NCBI GenBank assembly: GCA_018674305.1 | Contig: JABHAL010000007.1 | Coordinates: forward strand, 6,976-70,975 | Reading direction: 5' to 3' | Source of the DNA: Candidatus Falkowbacteria bacterium | GTDB taxonomy: Bacteria; Patescibacteriota; Patescibacteriia; UBA11705; JABHMO01 | DNA length: 64,000 nucleotides | Part shown: piece after piece, positions 49,733 to 59,415 of the stretch | How the letters are laid out: every line of letters begins with the position of its first letter | How positions within the stretch are numbered: position 1 is the stretch's first letter | The notes under the pieces: generated by a model | What the model saw: the letters and a program-made list of their open reading frames with translations, nothing else | Database searches by the model: none | Told to the model about the DNA's origin: nothing | Translations under genes and position numbers: made by a program

Positions 49733-49838
49733 ACAAAACAAGGGCTGTCTGCCACTCTCAGGCGCCCTTTATTTTTTAACCCAAATTTGTTATAATCTTC
49801 TTGTTATCACCTTTATCCCTTTTATCCCCTTTTTCCAT

Positions 49839-51365
49839 ATGAAACTTGAGACAATAATTGGCTTGGAGCTCCACGTTCAGCTAAAAACCAAAACTAAAAT
49901 GTTTTGTTCCTGTTCCAATGCCGAAGCTGATCAACCAAATAAGAATATTTGTCCAATCTGCCTTGGTCATCCAGGAGTTCTACCAACTATAAACCAAGAA
50001 GCTGCCAGCATGGCCATCCGAGTAGCACTCGCTTTGAATTGTAAAATTGCCAACTTCACTAAATTTGATCGGAAAAATTACTTTTACCCAGACCTTCCAA
50101 AAGGTTATCAAATTTCACAATACGATAAACCAATTGCGGAACATGGCTGGATCGCCATTAATAACAAAGCTAAAGATGCTCTATCTGGTCGACTGGACAA
50201 AGAAGATGAACTCAAACGCATTGGTATCATTCGGTTACACATGGAGGAAGATTCGGCTAAATCAACTCATTCAGATAAAGACAGTTTAATTGATTATAAT
50301 CGTGGAGGAACACCACTAATTGAGATTGTAACCGCTCCCCATTTTTCGACTCCAGGAGAAGCTAAAGCTTTTGCACAAGAATTAAGATTAATCATGCGTC
50401 ACCTGGAAATATCTGATGCTGATATGGAGAAAGGTCACCTGCGTTGCGATGCTAACATTTCCCTTCGTCCTGAAGGAGATAGTAATTTATATCCCAAAGC
50501 CGAAATTAAAAATATCAATTCTTTTCGATCCATTGAAAGGGCCATGGCTCACGAGATTGAAAGACAAACCATTCTTTGGAGAGAAAACAATCCTCCGACC
50601 ACAGAAGAAACTCGAGGCTGGGACGACGCCAAGGGGCAAACTGTTTCACAGAGAACCAAAGAGCAGGAACATGATTATAGATATTTTCCTGAACCAGATT
50701 TACCACCATTAACCTTCACTGAAAAACAAATCGACGAATTTAAAGCTGAACAACATGAACTACCACAAGACAAACGTCGTCGTTTTATGGACATGTATGG
50801 CTTCACAGGAGAGGAATCAAAAATATTAACTGAGGAGAAAAAGTTATCTTTTTACGTTGAACAAATTATTTCTGAACTCAAAGACTGGCTTCATTCACTA
50901 GAAGGCATTGAAGGAACAGAAGAAGAAATCTGGAATAGAAATAAGAAAAAAATTATCAAGCTAGTAACCGGATGGATAATTAATAAGTTTTTACCACTAC
51001 TAGATGAACTAAAAATTCCGTTAACAAAAAATAAAATAACTGCCGAAAACTTTGCAGAATTTATTACTCTAATCTATCAAAATAAAGTTAACAGTGCTGC
51101 TGCACAAATGATTCTAAAGCAAATGGCCAAAACCGGAGCTGACCCCTCTCATGTAATGGACGACTTTGACTTAAGCCAAATTAGTTCAGAGAAAGATTTA
51201 GCAAGCATTATTCAAAAAGTCATAAAAGATAACCCCGAGCAAGTTGAACAATTCAAGGCTGGCAAAGAAACTGTTCTAAAATATTTTGTGGGACTAGTCA
51301 TGCGAGAAACCAAAGGTAAGGCTGACCCAAAGAAAACAGAAAAGCTACTTAAAGATAAACTGTAA
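49839..51365 (+). CDS. gatB: Asp-tRNA(Asn)/Glu-tRNA(Gln) amidotransferase subunit B
   Basis: IGLELHVQL, FDRKNYFYPDLPKGYQISQ, DYRYFPEPDL; start re-set to ATG 49839. Confidence 0.97.
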   Translation: MKLETIIGLELHVQLKTKTKMFCSCSNAEADQPNKNICPICLGHPGVLPTINQEAASMAIRVALALNCKIANFTKFDRKNYFYPDLPKGYQISQYDKPIAEHGWIAINNKAKDALSGRLDKEDELKRIGIIRLHMEEDSAKSTHSDKDSLIDYNRGGTPLIEIVTAPHFSTPGEAKAFAQELRLIMRHLEISDADMEKGHLRCDANISLRPEGDSNLYPKAEIKNINSFRSIERAMAHEIERQTILWRENNPPTTEETRGWDDAKGQTVSQRTKEQEHDYRYFPEPDLPPLTFTEKQIDEFKAEQHELPQDKRRRFMDMYGFTGEESKILTEEKKLSFYVEQIISELKDWLHSLEGIEGTEEEIWNRNKKKIIKLVTGWIINKFLPLLDELKIPLTKNKITAENFAEFITLIYQNKVNSAAAQMILKQMAKTGADPSHVMDDFDLSQISSEKDLASIIQKVIKDNPEQVEQFKAGKETVLKYFVGLVMRETKGKADPKKTEKLLKDKL

Positions 51366-51423
51366 ACAATAAACTTTCAATATAAAAAGAGCGGACCTCA
51401 CGTGAGAAGTCCGCTCTTTGGTT

Positions 51424-51996
51424 TTACCACTCGTAGCAGTAGTGATCCGTCGCGCAGAAGAAACCACCTGGGCAATCGTAATCACTCCAGCAAACTTCTT
51501 CTTCGTAGCAGTGTCCGTCTACGTCACAATAGTACCCAGCTACACAATCATAGTCTGAATAACAACCGTCCTCGTAGTCGTAACAACTACCATCATCTGC
51601 GCAATAGGAATTCGTTGGACAATCGTAATCATCCCAGCAACCGTAGTCCGAACTTGAATACCCCGACTCATGACAGTAGCCGTACATATCACAGTACGTA
51701 CCGTACGGACATTCGTCACTTGTGTAACAAGCGAATTCCACTGCTTCATAGCAGTAACCATCGGTGGCACAGTATGTATCGTACATACAATCACTGTCTG
51801 AGTAGCAATAGTCAGAAACCACAACGACCGAAGCACTCGGAGAAGAATAGGCATAGCAATATCCATCACTAGCACAATATTCATCCGAATAGCAGTCATA
51901 ATCATCCCAACAAGCTGGATAGCAATCAATGCAATCAAGAACGCACCCAGACATCAAAATTACCACAATCACAAAGATAAACAAATATCTCATCAC
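51424..51996 (-). CDS. Cys/Asp/Tyr-rich repeat lipoprotein
   Basis: lipobox MSGC; six C..D.(D/E)C....(Y/F)C...G.C-type repeats; GGAGGTG SD. Confidence 0.8.
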   Translation of the reverse strand: MMRYLFIFVIVVILMSGCVLDCIDCYPACWDDYDCYSDEYCASDGYCYAYSSPSASVVVVSDYCYSDSDCMYDTYCATDGYCYEAVEFACYTSDECPYGTYCDMYGYCHESGYSSSDYGCWDDYDCPTNSYCADDGSCYDYEDGCYSDYDCVAGYYCDVDGHCYEEEVCWSDYDCPGGFFCATDHYCYEW

Positions 51997-52254
51997 TCAC
52001 CTCCTGGTTATTCACCATTAACATTATACTATATTTAACAGTTGAGTATAGCAAATATAGCACAAAAAGTCAATACTAGATCAAAGATATTGCACGTATA
52101 TTACGCTAATATTAGACAAATATTATCATAACAGAAGCTGAATATTTGCTGAATATTTGTTCAATCTTTGATTTTAACATTGACATTCATTTTCAATTAT
52201 GATAATTTAATTTCGAGCCTTGATGATTGCTGCGGAAATTGCGATCGGATGGGT

Positions 52255-52487
52255 TTTGGGGCACGGTAACTCCTGGTGCTCAGTTATGTGAGCGAAAGCT
52301 CACTGAGATAAAACTGGGATTTTCTAAAGCCTTAGGGACAGCTTATTAGCCGATGTGCTTTCAAGCAAGAACACCGTGGGACAATGCGGTGATCAGGCAC
52401 CCAGGAATTTGCTTTTAGTGATTGGATCGATCCATAAAACGTTTTTCACAAAAAAGCTTTTTCCCGAAAGGTTACCACCGACCCAAA
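52255..52487 (+). ncRNA. putative structured non-coding RNA, family unassigned
   Basis: GC-richer intergenic block; nested pairings tttggg..ggtaac/gttacc..cccaaa, tcctgg.tgc/gca.ccagga, gtgagc-GAAA-gctcac; TTGACA at 52180; terminator 52489-52522. Confidence 0.5.
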
Positions 52488-52525
52488 CAAAAAAGTCTCG
52501 CAGTCAAACTGTGAGACTTTTCTTT

Positions 52526-53521
52526 TTATATAAAGTCGTTCACTAGATTATTCGCTTCATTATAATCCTTAATCCAATGGATTGTTTTATCTCTTTTGAA
52601 CCAGGTTAACTGCCGTTTGGCGTAACGGCGCGTATCTCGTTTAACTAAACGAACGGCCTCTACGCCGTTAATTTCATTATTTAAAAATTGACAAACCTGC
52701 CGATAACCAATACCGCTCATAGAAGAAGAACTACAGTCATAACCTTTTTTGATCAAAGACTTTACTTCTTCAACTAAACCTTCCTTCATCATTTGATCTA
52801 CTCGTTTGTCAATTTTTGCATACAGTTCTTCTCTTGGTAAAGCTATCCCAAGTTGTAAAAATTCAAATTCACCTTCCCCCACTTGAGGTTCCAATGGCTT
52901 TTTGGTTTTTAAAATAATTTCTGCCGCGCGCACAACTCTACGTGAATTGGAGGTGTCAATTTTATTTTCAATTCCTGGATCGATTTCCCTTATCTCACTT
53001 AGCAAAGCCTTAATCCCCTTTTTCTCAATCTGCTTTTCTAACCTGGCTCGAAGTTTCTCATCAAAACCGTCTAATAATTGATAATCATTTACCAATGCAG
53101 AAATATATAGTCCGGTTCCACCGACAATAATTGGCATCCGACTAGGATTGTCTTTTATAATTTGTTTAACTTGTTTTAACCAGTCGTCCAGACTAAACTC
53201 CTGATTCGGTTCAATAATATCCACCATGTATTCTTGAATTTGGTCCGAATGTTCCAAGTTTTTTTTCTTTAATCCTTGCTCCTTAATCTTTCCTGGCTCT
53301 TGGCTCTTGAATCCTGAATCCTCACCAACAAGATAATATTTTCCCTCTTTCCAAACACCTGGATCCTTGTTGGTGCCAATATCCATCTGTTTATAAACCT
53401 GGCGCGAATCTGCAGAAATCAAAAAACCGTTAAACTGTTTTGCGAGTTTGAGAGCGATACCTGATTTACCACTGGCGGTTGGACCAAGGACGATGATTAC
53501 TTTTTGTTTTTTCTTGTTCAT
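52526..53521 (-). CDS. miaA: tRNA dimethylallyltransferase
   Basis: GPTASGKS, ISADSRQVY, VGGTGLY, YAKRQLTWF; start re-set to ATG 53521. Confidence 0.96.
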   Translation of the reverse strand: MNKKKQKVIIVLGPTASGKSGIALKLAKQFNGFLISADSRQVYKQMDIGTNKDPGVWKEGKYYLVGEDSGFKSQEPGKIKEQGLKKKNLEHSDQIQEYMVDIIEPNQEFSLDDWLKQVKQIIKDNPSRMPIIVGGTGLYISALVNDYQLLDGFDEKLRARLEKQIEKKGIKALLSEIREIDPGIENKIDTSNSRRVVRAAEIILKTKKPLEPQVGEGEFEFLQLGIALPREELYAKIDKRVDQMMKEGLVEEVKSLIKKGYDCSSSSMSGIGYRQVCQFLNNEINGVEAVRLVKRDTRRYAKRQLTWFKRDKTIHWIKDYNEANNLVNDFI

Positions 53522-53672
53522 AAAAACATTAAAACAATAACAATAAAACATTAACTGGTCAATAGGTTGACTTTATTCAAAATACAATTACTTAAACAAT
53601 CTATAAAGCTATTTTTTCATTTTAAAACCGTTCAAACGTTTGAACGGTTTATTGTTTTTTTGAAAATCTTTT

Positions 53673-53990
53673 TTAATTAATTCCATTTCCATCATTTCCT
53701 CTTGCCATAGTAGTTGCCCTTAGATTGAGCTCAATCATTTGTTGCTCTGACAAGTTAAAAATTGAACCAATTGTTTGATCATGACAAAATTCTAATACCC
53801 CCGCGGCAATTTCACTTGAGATAGCTAACTTTTCATCACTAGCAGTCCCATCAAACACATTACCTCCAGGAATATCATTTGTCCGACAAAATTTCATAAT
53901 ATCTGCCATCAACATTGCATGCATGGGCATATTGCCAGTTTTTCGTATCAGTTCAGCGCGTTCCAGCATTTTTCTAATATCTGCATTCAT
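53673..53990 (-). CDS. hypothetical protein
   Basis: 105 aa, GGAGGAG SD. Confidence 0.6.
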   Translation of the reverse strand: MNADIRKMLERAELIRKTGNMPMHAMLMADIMKFCRTNDIPGGNVFDGTASDEKLAISSEIAAGVLEFCHDQTIGSIFNLSEQQMIELNLRATTMARGNDGNGIN

Positions 53991-54038
53991 ATCTCCTCCC
54001 CAAATTTAGAGTGCCGTTCTTAATCTATTTTAACACAA

Positions 54039-55316
54039 CTACTTTATTAATTCACCATACAACAACCACTCTTGAGCTTTATTTACTTTTACCTTTATTA
54101 AATCGCCTACTTTCACATTGTCATTTTTCACTCGAACTCTTTTCATTTCCAAACTATTTCCCTCAGCATAACGAGTCGTCACTTTATCAATCAAAACCTC
54201 TACAACTTTATCTAAATACTTTTGATTTATTTCGAGAGCAATTTTTTTAACCAACGTTTGAATTTTATGCCAACGCCTTTTCTTTTCTTCATAGGAGACA
54301 TCATCTTTAAATTCTGCTGCTTTAGTTCCGCTTCTTGGTGAATACATGGCATGATAGGAAATATCTAATCTTAATTTTTCATATAATTTCAAAGTGTTTT
54401 CGAACTGTTCTTTTGTTTCTCCAGGAAATCCCACAATAATATCCGTTCCAATCGTAATCTCTGGTTTAATTTTTCTTAATTTTTTAATAAGTAATAAAAA
54501 GTCCTCCGCTGTATATTTTCGATTCATCTTTTTTAGTATTTGATTATCACCTGACTGTAAAGCTAAATGAAGATGATTAATCATTTTTGGCAAGGCTAAA
54601 GCTTGAATCACATCATCATGTAAATCTTTTGGGTGACTAGAAGTGAAACCAATTCGTTTTAAATCCTTTATTTGATCCACCTCCCAGAGAAGTTTGGCAA
54701 AATTTTGTTTAAATGGATTTTCAGCAGAAAAACCATTGCTGGGATTATATGAATTGACATTCTGACCTAGCAAATGAATTTCTTTTACACCAGAAGCAAC
54801 CAAACTTTTAACCTCCTCCACAACTTTTTTAACCGGGCGACTAACTTCTCGACCACGAGCATATGGCACAGCGCAATAACTACAATAATTATTACAACCA
54901 GTCATAATTGGGACATATGCTAGATAATCTTTTTTTAATTTTGGTAGAGTGTCAAAATAGTTTTCACTGGTATACTCCTGTTTTGAGTGTAAGAACTTTT
55001 CTAGTTCACTCAATTTTTTTATATTAAAAACAAAATCAAACTTTTTTTGAAAACTTTTCTTATCTTCATCAAGCAAACAGCCAGTTAAAATAGTAGTAAG
55101 TTCTTTTTTTGATTTTAACATCTTACATTTTTTAACAATCCCCCAAATTCGATCAATTGCAGTTTGTCTTACGCTACAAGCATTTACCACGATAAAATCT
55201 GCTTGCTCCATTTTCTCTACTAGTGAATAACTTAGGTGTTCAAAAACAGCCGCCACTCTTTCAGAATCCGACTTATTCATTTGACAACCATAAGTTATAA
55301 CATGATATGTTTTCAT
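54039..55316 (-). CDS. miaB: tRNA methylthiotransferase MiaB
   Basis: TYGCQMN..DSE, NACSVR, radical SAM CNNYCSYC, C-terminal TRAM domain; start re-set to ATG 55316. Confidence 0.95.
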   Translation of the reverse strand: MKTYHVITYGCQMNKSDSERVAAVFEHLSYSLVEKMEQADFIVVNACSVRQTAIDRIWGIVKKCKMLKSKKELTTILTGCLLDEDKKSFQKKFDFVFNIKKLSELEKFLHSKQEYTSENYFDTLPKLKKDYLAYVPIMTGCNNYCSYCAVPYARGREVSRPVKKVVEEVKSLVASGVKEIHLLGQNVNSYNPSNGFSAENPFKQNFAKLLWEVDQIKDLKRIGFTSSHPKDLHDDVIQALALPKMINHLHLALQSGDNQILKKMNRKYTAEDFLLLIKKLRKIKPEITIGTDIIVGFPGETKEQFENTLKLYEKLRLDISYHAMYSPRSGTKAAEFKDDVSYEEKKRRWHKIQTLVKKIALEINQKYLDKVVEVLIDKVTTRYAEGNSLEMKRVRVKNDNVKVGDLIKVKVNKAQEWLLYGELIK

Positions 55317-55429
55317 ACGTACAAAATAGCATAATTTACACAATTATTCAAGCTTGACAAAACTCTTCAAATTACGCAAAATATATGCTACAATGTCAAA
55401 GAATTTAAGATTTTGAAATTCGCTTATAT

Positions 55430-55831
55430 ATGTTGATTCATTTCCATCAATTTATCAATAAGTTAAAAAACACTCCCGCCTGGAAAAATAAGTTAATTTT
55501 GATTTCCAGTGGGATTGGTATTTTAATTAATATTTTGATCTGGTTGCTAATTTATTACAAGTTCTACCCAGCAGTTTATAACCTACCAGAAGAACAAGCT
55601 TTTATTCCCTTGCATTATAATATTTATTTAGGCATTGATCTTTTTGGTCGCTGGCAAAAAATATTCTACTTACCTGGAATTGGCTTAGCAATTTTTCTAA
55701 TAAACACAATTTTTGCGCTGATTATCTACAACAAAAAAGAACTGGTCAGCTACTTTCTAACAATTACTTCAACTGTGTGCCAAGTATTATTATTTTTCTC
55801 AACATTACTAACAATTTTAATTAATATTTAG
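55430..55831 (+). CDS. hypothetical membrane protein (DUF1648-like)
   Basis: IPLHYN...G.D..G.W motif, 3 TM. Confidence 0.65.
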   Translation: MLIHFHQFINKLKNTPAWKNKLILISSGIGILINILIWLLIYYKFYPAVYNLPEEQAFIPLHYNIYLGIDLFGRWQKIFYLPGIGLAIFLINTIFALIIYNKKELVSYFLTITSTVCQVLLFFSTLLTILINI

Positions 55832-55833
55832 TT

Positions 55834-56883
55834 ATGGAAACAGCCCTAGTATTTAAAATCGGACTTTTAAGTCTTTTTTCTTTCTTAATTGCTTTTTTTT
55901 CAACTCCGCTATTAACTCATTTTTTGTACAAATATAAAATGGGAAAGCAAATCCGAGACTCTAAGTCAGCTCCAATTTTTGCTTCCCTACACAAAGCAAA
56001 GTCAGGTACCCCAACCATGGGTGGGATTTTAATTTGGGCGCCTGTACTATTCTTAGCTCTACTCTTCCCTTTTCTAGAAATGTTCTGGCCCGGAAGCGTT
56101 GTCAGTAAATTAAACTTTTTGACCCGAGAACAAACCTTATTGCCACTAGGTCTATTAATGTTTGCTGCCGTTGTCGGTCTGATCGATGATTATCTAGGTG
56201 TTCGAAAAATAGGTCCCAAAGGAGGTGGTCTAAGCGTTATTTACCGACTTAGCCTGTACACTATCATTGCGGCCATTGGTGCGCTATGGTTTTATTTCAA
56301 GTTAGATTGGGACGTTTTTCATGTACCCTTTGTCGGCAATTTTGAAATTGGTTTTTGGTATATTCCATTATTTGTTTTCATAATCGTGGCTACTGCTTTT
56401 TCAGTCAACGAAATTGATGGTCTCGATGGTCTTGCTGGTGGAACTTTAGCCACAACTTTTGCAGCACTAGGTGCCATTTGCTTTGCTCAAGGGAAATTTG
56501 AATTAGCTGCTATGTGTGGCGTTATCATGGGAGCCCTGGTGGCTTTTTTATGGTTCAATATCAATCCAGCCCGCTTCTTTATGGGTGACACTGGAGCAAT
56601 GAGCTTAGGAATAACCGTTGGAATCATTGCTATGTTAACCAATACAGCATTGCTATTACCCATAATCGGATTACTCTTTGTAATTGAATCTTTATCTGTA
56701 ATAATTCAAGTGTTGTCAAAAAAAATTCGCAAAAAGAAAGTCTTTCTTTCAGCTCCGATTCATCACCATTTTCAAGCTCTTGGCTGGCCAGAGCAAAAAG
56801 TTGTTATGCGATTTTGGCTAATTTCTTCAATTACTGCAGTGGCCGGTGTAATAGTTTTTCTATTAGATAAAGGCTGGTATTAA
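55834..56883 (+). CDS. mraY: phospho-N-acetylmuramoyl-pentapeptide transferase
   Basis: K.GTPTMGG, DD, NEIDGLDGL, FMGDTG, APIHHHF. Confidence 0.96.
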   Translation: METALVFKIGLLSLFSFLIAFFSTPLLTHFLYKYKMGKQIRDSKSAPIFASLHKAKSGTPTMGGILIWAPVLFLALLFPFLEMFWPGSVVSKLNFLTREQTLLPLGLLMFAAVVGLIDDYLGVRKIGPKGGGLSVIYRLSLYTIIAAIGALWFYFKLDWDVFHVPFVGNFEIGFWYIPLFVFIIVATAFSVNEIDGLDGLAGGTLATTFAALGAICFAQGKFELAAMCGVIMGALVAFLWFNINPARFFMGDTGAMSLGITVGIIAMLTNTALLLPIIGLLFVIESLSVIIQVLSKKIRKKKVFLSAPIHHHFQALGWPEQKVVMRFWLISSITAVAGVIVFLLDKGWY

Positions 56884-56904
56884 CCCTATAATATCCAATA
56901 CGCA

Positions 56905-58248
56905 ATGCCAAATAAAACATTACCAAACTATAAAAATAAAAAAATTCTAATCTTAGGATTAGGTTTACTTGGTCGTGGTCTCAAAGACGCGATTTTTTTT
57001 GCTGAGAAAGGCGCGCAAGTCACAGTTACAGATTTGAAAACTGCCGAAGAACTTGAAACCTCACTAGAAAAACTAAAACCTTATTCAAATATCAAATATA
57101 CACTGGAAGAACACAAAGAAGAAGACATTCTAAGTGCAGACTTGATCATTCGCAATGCAGGAATTCCACTAAAGTCCCCCTTTTTGAAATTAGCTTTCAA
57201 AAATAACATTCCCGTTGATATGGACGAATCATTATTTGCTGAATATTGTCCCTGTCCAATTATTGGTATAACTGGGACTCGTGGTAAAAGTACAACCACC
57301 ACAATAATTGGACAAATGCTGCAAAAAATTTGGGCAAATGAAAAAAGGAATGTTTATATTTCAGGAAATCTCCAAGGTGAAGCGACCTTACCCCTAATCA
57401 ATCAGGTAACAAAAAATGATTTAGTCGTTTTGGAATTATCCAGTTGGCAATTACAAGGATTCGGCTGGAAAAAAATCAGTCCACACATTGCTGTTTTCAC
57501 TAATATCTTTCCAGATCATCTCAATAGCTACAAATCCATGCGCGAGTATATTAATGACAAAAAACTAATTTTTCAAAATCAAAAAAAATCTGACTACTGT
57601 TTAATTAATGCTGAAAATAACTACACAAAAAAGATTTCCTCTGAAATCAAATCAAAAACAATAAATTTTCACAAAAAGGATGTCCCAGCCTCCTGGAAAC
57701 TAAAAGTTGATGGAGCTCACAATCTAGAAAACTTGTCAGCCGCGTTAGCGGTAGGTAAAATTTTAGGTTTCACAAAAAAACACATGAGGGACTCAATCGA
57801 AGCTTTTTCAGGAATTGAACACCGACTAGAAAAAGTTGGCACTGTTAACGATATTAAATTTATAAATGACACCACTAGCACAACTCCAATAGCTGGAAAA
57901 ATGGCTCTAAATTCAGTCGAGCCTCCAGTTATACTTTTAGCTGGTGGAGCAACAAAAAATCTCAATCTGACAGAATTCGCAAGAACTATTGTTAAAAAAG
58001 TAAAAGTAGTTGTTCTTCTCGAGGGGTCTGCGACTGATGAACTTGAAAAGAAAATAATAAAATATGGCGGTAAAAACATTATTGCTGGTAGGTATAATGA
58101 TTTCAAGAAAGCGATTGAACACGCCTACAGCCTAAGCCTGCCTGGTGATACAATTCTACTTTCTCCAGGTTGCGCCAGCTTTGGAATGTTTATTAACGAA
58201 TTTGATCGTGGTGAGCAATTTAAAACTTTTGTTAAACAACTTAAATAA
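56905..58248 (+). CDS. murD: UDP-MurNAc-L-Ala--D-glutamate ligase
   Basis: GITGTRGKSTT, ELSSWQL, DHL, EHRLE, LLSPGCASF. Confidence 0.95.
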   Translation: MPNKTLPNYKNKKILILGLGLLGRGLKDAIFFAEKGAQVTVTDLKTAEELETSLEKLKPYSNIKYTLEEHKEEDILSADLIIRNAGIPLKSPFLKLAFKNNIPVDMDESLFAEYCPCPIIGITGTRGKSTTTTIIGQMLQKIWANEKRNVYISGNLQGEATLPLINQVTKNDLVVLELSSWQLQGFGWKKISPHIAVFTNIFPDHLNSYKSMREYINDKKLIFQNQKKSDYCLINAENNYTKKISSEIKSKTINFHKKDVPASWKLKVDGAHNLENLSAALAVGKILGFTKKHMRDSIEAFSGIEHRLEKVGTVNDIKFINDTTSTTPIAGKMALNSVEPPVILLAGGATKNLNLTEFARTIVKKVKVVVLLEGSATDELEKKIIKYGGKNIIAGRYNDFKKAIEHAYSLSLPGDTILLSPGCASFGMFINEFDRGEQFKTFVKQLK

Positions 58249-59370
58249 ATGCACCAAAAAAGATCAAAATACCATTCTCCTGACATGCCCCTAATCGTAA
58301 CATTGGGGGTACTTATTGTCTTAGGCTTGATTGTCTTGTCGTCAGCTGGTACAGCAGTTGGTTATCAAAAGTTCAATGATAGTTACTATTTTGCAAAACA
58401 TCAAATTCTATTTGGGTTACTTCCAGGATTAGCTTTACTTTTTATTTTTGCTAGAATTAATTACCAAATTTGGAAGAAATTCATTTTGCCCTTATTAGCT
58501 GTTTCAATATTACTTTTGGTCATAGTTTTTATACCTGGTGTTGGTGTTCAATATGGAACGGCGAAAAGTTGGATCAACATGGGTGGATTCTCTTTTCAGC
58601 CAGCTGAACTTGTTAAATTGACCTTTTTATTGTACTTGGCAACCTGGTTAGAAAAACGAGGAACTTTCGGTGTTAAGGATTTGTATTCCGGATTTTTACC
58701 ATTTGTCTTTCTAATCGGTATAATTTCAGTATTGATGTTACTACAACCAGACATGGGAACTTTATCAATTATCATTTTCATGTGTATTGCAGTTTACTTT
58801 GCCTCAGGCGCAAAATTCAAACATGTGTTTTTTTTATTTCTGGCTGGCGCCAGCTCAATTTACCTTCTAATAATCAACTCTGCTTACCGAGCAGCCAGAT
58901 TAACCACTTTTCTACATCCAGAACTTGATCCGCAAGGAATTGGCTATCACATTAATCAGGCTTTTTTAGCAATTGGATCTGGTGGTTTTTGGGGACGAGG
59001 CTTTGGTCACTCCAGACAAAAATTTCAATATTTACCAGAAGCAACTGGTGATTCAATTTTCGCAATATACGCTGAGGAGCTAGGTTTTATTCTCTGTATC
59101 TTCTTGTTGGCATTATTTATTTTCCTAATGTATAGAGGATTAATAATTGCGAAACATTCTATTGATCAATTTGGTCGACTTGTGGCTACTGGTATTGTAA
59201 GTTGGTTAGTGTTTCAAGCATTTTTCAATATTGCTTCCATGTCTGGACTTTTACCGATGACCGGCATCCCCTTGCCATTCATAAGCTATGGGGGTTCAGC
59301 GCTAGCTGTAACTATGATGGCCATGGGCATATTAATAAATATTTCTAAACAAACAAAAATGCTAAAATAA
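58249..59370 (+). CDS. ftsW: lipid II polymerase FtsW
   Basis: QPAE.VK, QPDMGT, GSGG..G.G.G.S.QK..YLPE..DSIF; after murD. Confidence 0.93.
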   Translation: MHQKRSKYHSPDMPLIVTLGVLIVLGLIVLSSAGTAVGYQKFNDSYYFAKHQILFGLLPGLALLFIFARINYQIWKKFILPLLAVSILLLVIVFIPGVGVQYGTAKSWINMGGFSFQPAELVKLTFLLYLATWLEKRGTFGVKDLYSGFLPFVFLIGIISVLMLLQPDMGTLSIIIFMCIAVYFASGAKFKHVFFLFLAGASSIYLLIINSAYRAARLTTFLHPELDPQGIGYHINQAFLAIGSGGFWGRGFGHSRQKFQYLPEATGDSIFAIYAEELGFILCIFLLALFIFLMYRGLIIAKHSIDQFGRLVATGIVSWLVFQAFFNIASMSGLLPMTGIPLPFISYGGSALAVTMMAMGILINISKQTKMLK

Positions 59371-59415
59371 AAATCAGCTTTTCCAGCTGATTTTTACTTC
59401 ATGTGCTTTCCACTG

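Noticed and set aside
49566-49838. N-terminal extension of gatB in the ORF track
   Set aside because: Overlaps tdk and an intergenic promoter/repeat region; the conserved GatB start is at 49839.
51402-51938. ORFs 51402..51872 (+) and 51540..51938 (-)
   Set aside because: Shadows of the Cys-rich lipoprotein repeats.
52355-52546. 63-aa ORF
   Set aside because: GTG start without SD, runs through a terminator into the miaA end; the region looks like structured RNA.
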